From Syntrophales bacterium (GTDB taxonomy: Bacteria; Desulfobacterota; Syntrophia; Syntrophales; UBA2185): a stretch of 64,000 nucleotides of DNA. Under the pieces are notes generated by a model. That model made no database searches, was not told the DNA's origin, and saw only the letters and a program-made list of their open reading frames with translations. Every line of letters begins with the position of its first letter. Positions within the stretch are counted from its first letter, which is position 1. The stretch covers positions 894 through 64,893 of the forward strand of contig JBKQQP010000016.1 of assembly GCA_052144335.1 (NCBI GenBank), in the 5' to 3' direction. The position numbers and the translations under genes are program-made. Of this stretch, positions 39,663-49,638 are shown in pieces.

Positions 39663-40991
39663 ATGAAACACGGCCGTATTCTGGTAATAGATGATGATGC
39701 AGTTGCCTGTGAATTCTTGCAGGAAGCGCTTTCACGTGAAGGCTACAGGGTAGATACTTTTACATCCGGTAAAGAGGCCCTGAAAAAGGAGCTATCCCAC
39801 TATGATCTCCTCATGTCGGATATCAGAATGCCCGAAATCGACGGACTTCAGTTTCTCCGACATGTGCGTGAGAAGTGGCCGGACCTGCCCGTCATTCTGA
39901 TGACCGCCTACGGATCTCTGGAAACCACCATGGAGGCGCTCAGGCTGGGTGCATGGGATTACATCAGCAAACCCTTTTCTCCTGAAGCCATCCGTGCTAT
40001 GGTGCAAAAAGTTCTCGAAGTACGGGAACTGCGACAGCGCCGCATGCAAGGACAGCCGAAAGTATCGGGAGAGCCCCAGTTCATTGGTTCTTCCGCTACC
40101 ATGGTCGAATTTTACAAGCAGATTGTTCGCATAGCGGATGCAGATGCGAGCGTACTGATCGAAGGCGAAAGCGGCACTGGAAAAGAACTTGCGACAAGAG
40201 CGCTTCATCAGTTGAGCTTGCGACGGGAAAAGCCATTTATCGTCGTTCATTGCGGCGCTATTCCCGATACCCTTCTGGATTCAGAATTGTTCGGCTACGA
40301 AAAGGGCGCATATACGGGAGCGGACCACAAACATGAAGGACTTCTTGCCTCCGCTCATAATGGAACAATCTTCCTCGATGAAATTACGGAGATGTCGCCC
40401 TCACTCCAGGGAAAACTTTTGCGCTTCATGCAGAACGGAGAAGTCCGCAAGCTGGGCGGTCATGAAGTGCTGCACTTCAGCGTCCGAGTAGTGGCAGCTA
40501 CGAACAGAAATATCGATGAGGAAGTAGGAAAAGGAACCTTCAGATCGGACCTCTTATATCGATTCGTCGTGCGTCTGCATATGCCTCCTTTACGGGAACA
40601 TAAAGAGGATCTGCCGCAGTTAATCGAATCTCTGCTGAAAAAGATTGGATACCCGTCTGTCCGCATTTCTGATGAAGCTATGGAACTCTTTATGGCCTAT
40701 GACTGGCCGGGCAATGTCCGTGAGCTGCAAAATGTCTTGGAGCAGACACTGCTTTTGTCGCCCTTCGTGGTGGTCCTACCCGAGCACCTTCCGGAAAGAT
40801 TCCGTCCAAAACGTGATGAGACGCTTCCTCTCTTGCCGCCTCTCGAAGAAGCGGAAAGAAAGCAGATCATCCAGGCGCTGCAAACCACGTCATGGAACCA
40901 GAGCCAGGCGGCTCAACTTTTAGGAATTGACCGAAAGACACTGAGGACGAAAATTCAGCGCTACGGCTTATTGAGAAATGGCGCATCGTGA
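39663..40991 (+). CDS. sigma54-dependent response regulator (NtrC family: REC-AAA-HTH)
   Basis: DDD...SDIRMP receiver, GESGTGKE, GAYTGA, FLDEI, WPGNVREL, Fis-type HTH. Confidence 0.95.
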   Translation: MKHGRILVIDDDAVACEFLQEALSREGYRVDTFTSGKEALKKELSHYDLLMSDIRMPEIDGLQFLRHVREKWPDLPVILMTAYGSLETTMEALRLGAWDYISKPFSPEAIRAMVQKVLEVRELRQRRMQGQPKVSGEPQFIGSSATMVEFYKQIVRIADADASVLIEGESGTGKELATRALHQLSLRREKPFIVVHCGAIPDTLLDSELFGYEKGAYTGADHKHEGLLASAHNGTIFLDEITEMSPSLQGKLLRFMQNGEVRKLGGHEVLHFSVRVVAATNRNIDEEVGKGTFRSDLLYRFVVRLHMPPLREHKEDLPQLIESLLKKIGYPSVRISDEAMELFMAYDWPGNVRELQNVLEQTLLLSPFVVVLPEHLPERFRPKRDETLPLLPPLEEAERKQIIQALQTTSWNQSQAAQLLGIDRKTLRTKIQRYGLLRNGAS

Positions 40992-42556
40992 GGTAGTTCT
41001 ACAGACGTCACATTTTCAACAACCGGGAAGTACAGAACAATTTGAGTGCCTTTATCGGGACTGCTCTGCATCTCGATCTTGCCGCCATGGATCTTGACGA
41101 TATCCTGCACAATAGCAAGACCCAGACCCCTCAGACCTTCATCCGTATGCGTGCTAAAGAATGGCTCGCAGACCCTTGCCAATAATTCATGCGGAATGCC
41201 TGGACCGTTGTCGTGGACTGTAATAGCCACAGCATTATTTTGCGGTACAGCTTTAGCTGTAACGGTGATCTTCCCCCCTCCGGACATCGCCTCCAAGGCA
41301 TTCTGAATGAGATTAAACAGTGCCGTCTGAACACGATATCTGTCAACGAAGAGAACGGGAATCTTTTCATCCACATCCACACTAAGTTGAATGCCCGATT
41401 TCTGTATCAGCGGTTCGACGAGGGGAAGCGTCTCATTCAAGAGATCAGGTACGCTTACGGCCTCAAAATGGGGCTCCGGAAGACGCGTGGCGTGACGCAC
41501 ATTCTGAATGACCGTATTGAGCCTTTGCGTCTGCTGAACGATAAGTTCCAGTTTTCTGCCGACGTCCGGCGGCCATGCGTCACGTTCAAGCAGAAGTTTG
41601 GCTAAGCCCGCAATCGAGTGCAGGGGCGTGCCCAAGTCATGCGCCAGCGTAGCCGTCAGATGACCCAAAGCTGTAAGCTGATGGAGCTGGTTCACCTGCT
41701 GTTGGAGTTGAACCACATTGTGTGTCGCCTCCTGCACCCTCTCCTCCAGCTGCCTTTGGAGTTCCTGGTTCCGCGCCAGGACCCGTTCAATCTCCTCGGC
41801 CATTACATTAAAGTGATCTGCTAAGTGGCCCCATTCATCGAGCCTAGCAATGGGAATTCTCTTGATGTATTTGCCTGCACGGAATTCATCAATAGTGTCA
41901 ATGATGATACCTAGTGGCCTGCCGATAAGCCATCTGTAACTTAAGGCCAGGACAAACAGGATGGCGAATAAAAGGCCTATCGTGCTGAATAGCAGCAGGC
42001 GTTTCGCACGGGCTAGGATCTCAAATCTGGTTTGCGAAAAAACTATTACACCGACAAAAACTTGCGTATCTCTTTCTGATAGAAACGGATACAGCAAGCC
42101 CAGGGCAGGCCCGCCCTCAGTATTCAGTTCAACGCGCTGTGTTTTTGATTTTTCCATGGCCGCCCCGATGATATTTTCAGACCATTCATAGGGAACCCGC
42201 CCGGCACCCACAATATATTCCACTTCGCCATTTACGATGGAGAAAAGATCAATGCGCGCCAGTCTGTCATCTGACTTTATGTGATCCTCCAACGCGTCAT
42301 CGAGGGCGGATAAACCTTTACCGGTCGGAAAATGCTGGTAGTACGTACTGACTGTTTCCGCAAGGTCATAAAGGCGTTTGACCTGCTGTTCAATGAGAAT
42401 TACATTCAGCACCCTTAACTGGATCCAGCCCCAGATTGTCATGGTCACGGCCAGGCCCAAAACGGTCAGGACAATCAAGCGTGTCCGGACGGTCATATTC
42501 GAGACCCTGTATTTCGCCTTCTTGATAAAATCCTTAAGTGTGGACAAAATATGCAC
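40961..42556 (-). CDS. membrane sensor histidine kinase (periplasmic domain, HAMP, HisKA, HATPase)
   Basis: Two TM segments, AHDLGTPL H-box, NLIQNA, DNGPGI, GLGL. Confidence 0.93.
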   Translation of the reverse strand: MHILSTLKDFIKKAKYRVSNMTVRTRLIVLTVLGLAVTMTIWGWIQLRVLNVILIEQQVKRLYDLAETVSTYYQHFPTGKGLSALDDALEDHIKSDDRLARIDLFSIVNGEVEYIVGAGRVPYEWSENIIGAAMEKSKTQRVELNTEGGPALGLLYPFLSERDTQVFVGVIVFSQTRFEILARAKRLLLFSTIGLLFAILFVLALSYRWLIGRPLGIIIDTIDEFRAGKYIKRIPIARLDEWGHLADHFNVMAEEIERVLARNQELQRQLEERVQEATHNVVQLQQQVNQLHQLTALGHLTATLAHDLGTPLHSIAGLAKLLLERDAWPPDVGRKLELIVQQTQRLNTVIQNVRHATRLPEPHFEAVSVPDLLNETLPLVEPLIQKSGIQLSVDVDEKIPVLFVDRYRVQTALFNLIQNALEAMSGGGKITVTAKAVPQNNAVAITVHDNGPGIPHELLARVCEPFFSTHTDEGLRGLGLAIVQDIVKIHGGKIEMQSSPDKGTQIVLYFPVVENVTSVELPHDAPFLNKP

Positions 42557-42630
42557 CCTGCAATAGTGATTACGAACCCTCGGCTCTCATACCAGAAAAA
42601 AATGGAAAACTCAATTCTTCCCTTAGGCGC

Positions 42631-42661
42631 AAAAAAGGCACAGAGATTATATCTCCATGCC
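42631..42661 (-). terminator. Rho-independent terminator of the small exported-protein gene
   Basis: Minus strand GGCAUGGAGAU-AUA-AUCUCUGUGCC followed by UUUUUU. Confidence 0.8.
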
Positions 42662-42694
42662 AGCACGCTACAGACAAACTATGATGTATGGATA

Positions 42695-43111
42695 TTAATT
42701 CCGGGGGGAAGGGGCTTCAGCGGGCGACGGTTTTGTTTCCTTCAAGGGAGGAGTCTTTCTAATTATCTTTTTTACGACCACTGGAGTTACCCTCGTGGCG
42801 AGATTCTTTCCGTCCTTCTTCAGGTAGTTCACCTTTACTTTATCGCCGGCAGTGATCTTTTCAACGGGTTTATCCAGCGCAAACTCCATTATCTCTGTTT
42901 TTCCCTTGATGGTACGCTCAACCGATATCATTGTGTCTGAGATATCCTTAACGACTCCCGTAATGCTTACCTTTGTTTCCTTAGGCGGTTTCACAGTAAC
43001 CGCCTTCGATGCATCGTTTTTGGCAGGGGCTTGAGAAGTTCCGTCAACAGCGAAGACGGCAGCACTGAAAACAAAAACAATACCTGCTATTAATACCATC
43101 AGACGTTTCAT
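42695..43111 (-). CDS. small exported protein, Lys/Pro-rich, with a predicted OB-fold-like beta core
   Basis: Signal peptide MKRLMVLIAGIVFVFSAAVFA; ITGVVKDI...ITAGDKVKVNY...ATRV; RBS AAGGAGG. Confidence 0.8.
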   Translation of the reverse strand: MKRLMVLIAGIVFVFSAAVFAVDGTSQAPAKNDASKAVTVKPPKETKVSITGVVKDISDTMISVERTIKGKTEIMEFALDKPVEKITAGDKVKVNYLKKDGKNLATRVTPVVVKKIIRKTPPLKETKPSPAEAPSPRN

Positions 43112-43194
43112 TCCAGGCAACCTCCTTCTTATAATCTCTAAAGCACAAATATCTCACTGTTTCTAATTAATCTGACGCTAAATACACTTACCAG

Positions 43195-43210
43195 TGCAAT
43201 CCGCATACCA
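43195..43210 (-). promoter_or_regulatory. sigma54 (-24/-12) promoter
   Basis: Minus strand TGGTAT-GCGGA-TTGCA about 85 nt upstream of the exported-protein gene. Confidence 0.8.
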
Positions 43211-43379
43211 TATAGATGTCTGTTCACGAATATTAAACTAACTATATACAATTACGTGAGATTAAATTAATGCTTCTGGTGTGGATAGGAAATGCATGAC
43301 AAAAGAATGGAGAATTAAACCCCAGTTGTTGAGTAATTTTTCATCAATTACTCTATAAGTATGCCCTGGAAACCTAAAT

Positions 43380-44315
43380 CTATGATTTTCTTGTAATCAC
43401 TCTCAAGGCAGCAGGGACGATTTCAGCAACTATCGGCAAGCAGCATGGCTGTTCTCCATCGCAATCTACAAGGACGCGCTCGGGAGAGGATGCACTGATC
43501 GTTTTCCCCGTAATGATCGTTACTTCTTTGATGTCTTTGATTCGGCCATTATATAATTTAGGGAGATGTCTGAAGACCTGGGCGAGAGTCAAGTTTCCGA
43601 TTACCGTTATGTGAAATAGGCCATCATCAATGAGGGCGTCCGGAGCCACAAGCATGCCCCCACCGTGATACTGACCGTTAGCGACGGCAATATTCCAAGC
43701 AATGACATTCATGTCATACGAGTTGTCAATCTGCACACGCATTTTTTTCTTGCCGTAAAGGAAGATTGAAATCAGGGTTGCCCAGATAAAGGAAAGGAAG
43801 GGGCCGAATGCCTTGCCGCTTTTGTTGATCCGCTCGTCAACTTCGCCTCCCAGGCCAAAACTGACGATATTGTGAAAATAGCGGGTGACGGGAAGTCCAT
43901 GGTCATCCTGGTGCCGAAGCCGCCCCACGTCTATGGCCTTGATATGTCCTTCTTTAATCGTGTCGAGTGATTGTTCGATCTCTTCGGGAATGGGCACCGT
44001 CTTAATAAAATCACATCCCGTTCCATTCGGCACAAACCCCAGGAGAGTGTTATTCCGAATCGGTACGCGTTCATCCATGAATCCGTTTACCACCTCACTA
44101 AGCGTTCCATCCCCGCCCACACAAACGATCAATTCGGCCCCCTCCAGGAGCTCTGTCCTGGCGATTCTCACGGCATCTCCTGCTCTTGCGGTCAGATGCG
44201 AGGTAAAATAACCCAGGCGATCATGCGCCATAGCCTGAATGCGGGGCCACCGCCTGCCGGTTGAACCGTTACCTGCGTGGGGGTTAACAATGAAGACAAT
44301 TCTCTTGGAAGCCAA
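43380..44315 (-). CDS. diacylglycerol/lipid kinase family protein (YegS/BmrU-like)
   Basis: IVNPHAG, GGDGTLSEVVNG, P.GTGCDF, GGGM, DGE. Confidence 0.92.
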   Translation of the reverse strand: MASKRIVFIVNPHAGNGSTGRRWPRIQAMAHDRLGYFTSHLTARAGDAVRIARTELLEGAELIVCVGGDGTLSEVVNGFMDERVPIRNNTLLGFVPNGTGCDFIKTVPIPEEIEQSLDTIKEGHIKAIDVGRLRHQDDHGLPVTRYFHNIVSFGLGGEVDERINKSGKAFGPFLSFIWATLISIFLYGKKKMRVQIDNSYDMNVIAWNIAVANGQYHGGGMLVAPDALIDDGLFHITVIGNLTLAQVFRHLPKLYNGRIKDIKEVTIITGKTISASSPERVLVDCDGEQPCCLPIVAEIVPAALRVITRKS

Positions 44316-44396
44316 AGCCGTAACCTACTGTCTCGAATTATACTATCAACGCCGCAATGGAGAGGAAACCCTAAGAGATATTCTACAATTTTTCCC

Positions 44397-45473
44397 TTAC
44401 TTCCTTATGCGCCTATACACCCAGCAGTGTAAAAAGAAAAAAAGAGTAACCAGTCCGCCCTGACGGATCATCTTCTTTGCGACTTCTCTCACATCTTTCT
44501 GCCGATCCACTTTTCTATCGGCAAGATACATACCGAGTAAGCCGCGATTAATCATGTGATGAAAGCGTGCGTTGGGGAGACGCGAGATACTCTGGTCTGC
44601 CCGCTCATAAAAACGCATCAGCCTTGCCGTCATTTTGCTGCCGTCAGGATAGTATGAGCAGAAGTTCAGATCCCCGCCGGCGCGGTCCTCCTCCTGATCG
44701 ATCAGATAATCAAGCAGTATATGTAAACCCTGCACCCACGGGAAATATGCATCTTTGATGCGCTCGACCAGATCCGCTGAACAATCTTCGCGGAAAGCAT
44801 GGGCAACGAGACAGAAAATACCGAGTGTGGAACCTGCGCAAGCCGCAAATTCATACCAGCTCATCTCAGGCAAGTGATCCTTATGTGTATCAAACCATGT
44901 TACCAGGCGTGGCACGCGCTCTTCTATCATCACATGCTTGTGGACTTGCAGTTCACAATAATAGCCGGCAAGTTCGTGAAGGGCAGGTGCAATTAAATGA
45001 TACGTCGGTAACTTTTTGAGGATCTCCTGACACGTCGCGACAAGAGAGAGCAGGTAGCCACCATCATCCTGCTCATTACGGAGTCGGTAATACGCCCCAC
45101 CTGACGCATCGGGGGTCAGGGCATGATGCATTGACTCGTGAAGGGCACGAAAATCGTTCGGATCAAGGGAAGTGCTGCGATCACATAAATTGTCGAGATA
45201 GTCACTGATGGTCTGATAAGCAACAATGAATCGTGCAGCCTCATGGTAGCGATCCCCCGCTAATAGGGCATAAATCGACCCGCCTTCACAGTGGAATGTC
45301 TTTGTCTCAATACTCATGAGGGCCTGCTTGCGGAGCTCCGGATCAGGAATCTCTGTGGCCCTTTTTTCCCACTTCCCCAGATGACGATGAACATCAGGAC
45401 GTACGCGGAGAATAATTTTTGTTGTCATCGTCCAGAGGAAGGGCAGATTGTTCACCAAATGACGCTCCTCCAT
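44397..45473 (-). CDS. tetraprenyl-beta-curcumene synthase (YtpB/DUF2600)-like terpene cyclase
   Basis: KTFHCEGGSIY, FIVAYQTISDYLDNLCDRS, LQVHKH, WYEFAACAGSTLG, YFPW..GLHILLDY.IDQEED..GGDLNFC. Confidence 0.85.
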   Translation of the reverse strand: MEERHLVNNLPFLWTMTTKIILRVRPDVHRHLGKWEKRATEIPDPELRKQALMSIETKTFHCEGGSIYALLAGDRYHEAARFIVAYQTISDYLDNLCDRSTSLDPNDFRALHESMHHALTPDASGGAYYRLRNEQDDGGYLLSLVATCQEILKKLPTYHLIAPALHELAGYYCELQVHKHVMIEERVPRLVTWFDTHKDHLPEMSWYEFAACAGSTLGIFCLVAHAFREDCSADLVERIKDAYFPWVQGLHILLDYLIDQEEDRAGGDLNFCSYYPDGSKMTARLMRFYERADQSISRLPNARFHHMINRGLLGMYLADRKVDRQKDVREVAKKMIRQGGLVTLFFFLHCWVYRRIRK

Positions 45474-45746
45474 TTTGACCGTTTGCTGTTACGGAAACAA
45501 CTTCGCAAGAAGTATCTCCCGCGCTCGAAAGCCCGAAGCAAACTTCGGCAAGTACACACGCTTGCGCTTCATAACACAAGGCATTTTTTAACACAAGCAC
45601 CATGGTGCGTAAGCTTTAGGAATTGCCTTGACCCCCGATTTATTTTCATGTTACCGCTCACAAAGCATAATACCATACTATACACCTAACTAGGAGAGAT
45701 GGGACATCGGTATAGGCGCTAAACGATAAAATACAGCGAGCATTCA

Positions 45747-47126
45747 TTGGAACAGCAAAAATTTATGTATCACAAAGGAAGTGTCATCGTCATTGGCGGC
45801 GGCGCAAGCGGCATGATGGCTGCAGGGAGGGCAGCGGAAATGGGGGCGCATGTCACCCTCCTCGAGAGATCCGGAAAAGTTGGCCGGAAGATACTCGTGA
45901 GCGGAAAGACGCGCTGCAACCTGACAAATGCCAAGGATCTGGACCATTTCATTTCTATGTATGGGCAAAACGGCCGTTTTCTCTACAGGGCTTTTCATCA
46001 CTTCTTTCGCGAAGATCTCATCGCCTTCTTCAGTCGCTATCGTGTGGAAACGAAGATCGAGAGAGGCGGTAGGGTCTTTCCGGTTTCTGATAGGGCCGAA
46101 GATGTTGTCAACGCTCTCAAGAAATACCTGATTGATCAGGGTGTGGAGATATGCGGAAACACGCGTGTCACAGGCATTCAAACCCGTAACAAAGAGGTAA
46201 CAGGTGTCATGACGGCAGGCGGAAGATTCGGGGCAAGTGCTGTAATCCTGGCTACAGGCGGCTCGACCTACCCTTTAACCGGTTCTACGGGGGATGGCTA
46301 CAGGATGGCTACCACCCTCGGCCACACCATAACTAAACTCCGCCCCGCATTAGTTCCCCTTGTTGTCGAGGAGATATCTGTCGCAAAGTCCTTGCAGGGG
46401 GTGAGCCTCAGGAATGTCCGTCTGACTGCATTTCAGTGCCGGGCGGATAAAATTGATCCGTTACGTGTGCCAAAGAGTGACACGGGCCGCGGCACTAAAA
46501 ATACGCGACCACACCCGCCGGTTATCGAAAGCCGCATGGGAGAAATGATGCTCACCCATTTCGGCATCGGGGGCCCAATTACACTGCTCATGAGCCTGGC
46601 CATTGTTGACGCCCTGGAGCGGGGACCGGTAAGTATTTCCATAGACCTCAAGGCGGCCCTTGACAGGGGAGAACTCCGCAAGCGCCTCCAGCGGGATTTC
46701 GACAAATTCAGCAAGAAAGCATTCCGCAATATCTTGTCCGGACTCGTTCCTGCCAAAATGGTCGATCCCCTTGTTCTAATGACAGGCATCCCACCGAATA
46801 AGCCAGGTTGCCAGCTCAATGCGGCAGAACGCGAGAAACTCCTCGACCATCTGAAGTCTCTTCGCTTTAATATCAAAAAGCCCCTTCCAATGTCATCGGC
46901 CATTGTCACGGCCGGGGGCATCTCCCTGAAAGAAATTGATCCGCAATCGATGGCGTCGCGCAAGCTGAAAGGCCTCTACTTCTGTGGGGAAGTAATAGAT
47001 ATTGACGCCGATACCGGAGGCTACAATCTCCAGGCCGCCTTTTCAACGGGCTACCTCGCCGGTGAACAGGCCGCAGTCTATGCTAATTCCACGTTGCCTT
47101 CCCTCGATCGTCATGTAGATATTTAG
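45747..47126 (+). CDS. HI0933/BaiN-family NAD(P)/FAD-dependent oxidoreductase
   Basis: GGGASG, KILVSGKTRCNLTN, GRVFP, TGSTGDGY, TAGG, DADTGGYNLQAAFSTG. Confidence 0.92.
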   Translation: MEQQKFMYHKGSVIVIGGGASGMMAAGRAAEMGAHVTLLERSGKVGRKILVSGKTRCNLTNAKDLDHFISMYGQNGRFLYRAFHHFFREDLIAFFSRYRVETKIERGGRVFPVSDRAEDVVNALKKYLIDQGVEICGNTRVTGIQTRNKEVTGVMTAGGRFGASAVILATGGSTYPLTGSTGDGYRMATTLGHTITKLRPALVPLVVEEISVAKSLQGVSLRNVRLTAFQCRADKIDPLRVPKSDTGRGTKNTRPHPPVIESRMGEMMLTHFGIGGPITLLMSLAIVDALERGPVSISIDLKAALDRGELRKRLQRDFDKFSKKAFRNILSGLVPAKMVDPLVLMTGIPPNKPGCQLNAAEREKLLDHLKSLRFNIKKPLPMSSAIVTAGGISLKEIDPQSMASRKLKGLYFCGEVIDIDADTGGYNLQAAFSTGYLAGEQAAVYANSTLPSLDRHVDI

Positions 47127-47132
47127 AAATTA

Positions 47133-47582
47133 TCATTGTTCCTTCTCTGGTGCTTTCGCCTGCGCCTTCTCCTTCACTTTCTTCTTCTCCGGCTTCTGTT
47201 CCCTTTCCTGCTCCTTTTCCTGCTCCTGCCCCGTTTCCTTTTCCTTCTTTTTCTTCTTTTCCTTGCCTTCTGGTGGGCCTTCCTTTGATGGCTTCCCTTT
47301 CTTTTCTGCCTGATCTTTCGGCACGGCCTTGGGAGCCGTCTTTTCCGCCGCTTTTTCCGCCTTCATCTTTGCCAGCTCTTCCGTCCTTCTTTCATTGGCG
47401 GCGATTGCCTTCAGTCTGTCATTTATAGCCCTGATATTCGCCCGCAGTTTTTTAACGAGCGCATCTTTATCGATTCCGGGAGATTCGATCCCCTTTTTAG
47501 CAAGGGATGATAGGCGTTCCTTCAGCCCTCGTTCGAAATACGCCTTTTGTCGCTCTTGCGTCTCCTTCTTTCTCGATCCCAT
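47133..47582 (-). CDS. highly charged hypothetical protein (coiled-coil, Lys/Glu-rich tail)
   Basis: Clean ORF with RBS GGAGAAG; biased composition; no recognisable motif. Confidence 0.7.
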   Translation of the reverse strand: MGSRKKETQERQKAYFERGLKERLSSLAKKGIESPGIDKDALVKKLRANIRAINDRLKAIAANERRTEELAKMKAEKAAEKTAPKAVPKDQAEKKGKPSKEGPPEGKEKKKKKEKETGQEQEKEQEREQKPEKKKVKEKAQAKAPEKEQ

Positions 47583-48263
47583 GTCTTCTCCTCCCTTTCC
47601 GATTCACTTGTTTGTCTCCGGCAGCCAACATACCGCACAGTATTCTCCCTTTTCTGCCGTCAGATAATTGATAAGAATACATGTATCAGGAAACAAGACT
47701 AAAAACCATCATATTTCTCAATATGACAACTGCAATGGGGATATCTCTTGGGGATTTGCCGCAAATTGATCAAGGACAGAGTGGGGAAAAGTCACACATG
47801 TTATGCTTGGCAGAGTCGGATAAGCTCTTTAACGGGGAGTCACTCTATTATAGTTTCTTATATTCAGGGTGTTTCTGAATAATCAATTTTTCCAGTTCAT
47901 CAAAAAAAGTCAATTGATGGCCGCACTTCTTTCCGATGAATTCCCGGCGGTTGATTTTGACGGTTCATATTCCGACCAATCTAATTCAGCTCGTATATCT
48001 TTATCGCAATCGGCAACAATAGATAGACAAAACAATTTTCTCTTATCTAGCCCTTGCAATCTTCGCCATAACACCTTCTATTGACAAAAATGCACCACTT
48101 CATACCGGCGTCCTTTCATATCTTTCTAATTACTGCCAATCCCCGATAGGTGTTACATTCGCACATATTATTCACACCAGTTTTTCGCGGTTTACGGAGT
48201 AAGCGAGTCACATCTTCTAAATATCAGAATAAAAATTACGACAATCGCAATTACAGAGAGGTC

Positions 48264-49637
48264 TTAGAGGATATGCAATATTTCGCTGAGACTCGGGTGG
48301 GGGATAATCCAGTTCTTGAGTTCCTTCTTCCCCATGCGGTTTGCCACGGCCAGGCTCATGGAGGCGATCAACTCACCGGCGTCGTCTCCGACGATCGTCA
48401 CTCCCATCAAGCTGTCGCCGCAGAAGACCGCCTTTACGAACCCATTCCCTTTGAGTTCGGTCCTGGCCATGATATTTGCCCCATATTCGACCCTCTTTGT
48501 TTCCACCTTTAAACCCATCTCTCCTGCGCGTTTTTCCGTGAGCCCGACACGCGCCACGTTCGGGTGTGTATACACCACGGAAGGCACTGCGTCATCTCTG
48601 TAGGTAATCGAGCGATCGCCATAGAGGTAACTTGCAACCGATCTGCCCTGTTGCATGGCCCTGTGCGCAAGCATGACACCTCCGGTCACATCACCTACGG
48701 CATATATACCCTGCACATTGGTCATCTGGCAGTCATCGACAGATATACCCTTCTCATCGTACAAAATATTGCAACGATTCAATTCTTCCGTATGCAAAAG
48801 AGGTTTCCTGCCTGTACACATAAGAACGCAATCGGCAGTCAATTCAAGGTGATTTGTATTATGATTCGCCTTCAGCAAAACACCGTTTGATGTCTCTTCG
48901 ATTGCCTCCATCCGTGTCGACGTGTGAATGGCGACGCCGAGGCGGATGAGATCATGCCTTATCAAATCGTCGGCTTCTCTGTCTTCATGGGGAAGAAGAC
49001 CATCCAAGAGTTCAACGACGGTCACATTAACGCCAAGCTCAGCCAGGAATGTGGCAATTTCAATCCCAATGAAGCCGCCCCCGACAATGATGATTGATGC
49101 CGGCAGGGTCTGCAGCGCAAGAAAGCCGTCGGATGTTAAAATCCTCTGAGACGTCTGTAAACCATGCGGCAGGAGTGGTTCTGAACCCCAGGCGATAATG
49201 ATATTATCGGCAGTCAGGTGATGCTTCTGACCATGGAGTGACACCCATTCCACCTCTCGGGAAGAAATAAGATGCCCCTCTCCCGCCTTCAGATCCACGC
49301 CCGCATCCTCAAGAGATTGTTCCACACCCTTGGCGGAAATGGTGACCATCTGCCGCTGATGGCGTTTGACCGCGGTGAAATCCACCTTGGCCTCGCCTGA
49401 GGAAATACCGAGACGCTTCAATTTTTTCAGGTTCATGTACTGCTTGCTACAGGCTAAAAGTGCCTTTGTCGGAATGCAGCCCCGATGGGTACAGGTGCCG
49501 CCCCATTGATTTTTCTCAATGACGGCAACCTTGGCTCCCCATCTGGCAGCATGTTCCGCCGCTGCATGGCCTCCGGGACCTGCTCCGATAATGATAAGAT
49601 CATATGACTCGGACACGATAAGAACTCCTCGACTCAA
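48264..49637 (-). CDS. lpdA: dihydrolipoamide dehydrogenase (L protein)
   Basis: GAGPGG, GGTCTHRGCIPTK redox disulfide, GGGFIG, HPSLSE. Confidence 0.92.
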   Translation of the reverse strand: MSRGVLIVSESYDLIIIGAGPGGHAAAEHAARWGAKVAVIEKNQWGGTCTHRGCIPTKALLACSKQYMNLKKLKRLGISSGEAKVDFTAVKRHQRQMVTISAKGVEQSLEDAGVDLKAGEGHLISSREVEWVSLHGQKHHLTADNIIIAWGSEPLLPHGLQTSQRILTSDGFLALQTLPASIIIVGGGFIGIEIATFLAELGVNVTVVELLDGLLPHEDREADDLIRHDLIRLGVAIHTSTRMEAIEETSNGVLLKANHNTNHLELTADCVLMCTGRKPLLHTEELNRCNILYDEKGISVDDCQMTNVQGIYAVGDVTGGVMLAHRAMQQGRSVASYLYGDRSITYRDDAVPSVVYTHPNVARVGLTEKRAGEMGLKVETKRVEYGANIMARTELKGNGFVKAVFCGDSLMGVTIVGDDAGELIASMSLAVANRMGKKELKNWIIPHPSLSEILHIL

Positions 49638-49638
49638 C

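Noticed and set aside
47133-47400. Purine/pyrimidine-skewed repetitive tract that could be a tandem repeat or array
   Set aside because: Explained by the Lys/Glu/Gln-rich tail of the 47133..47582 protein; no fixed-period repeats or spacers.
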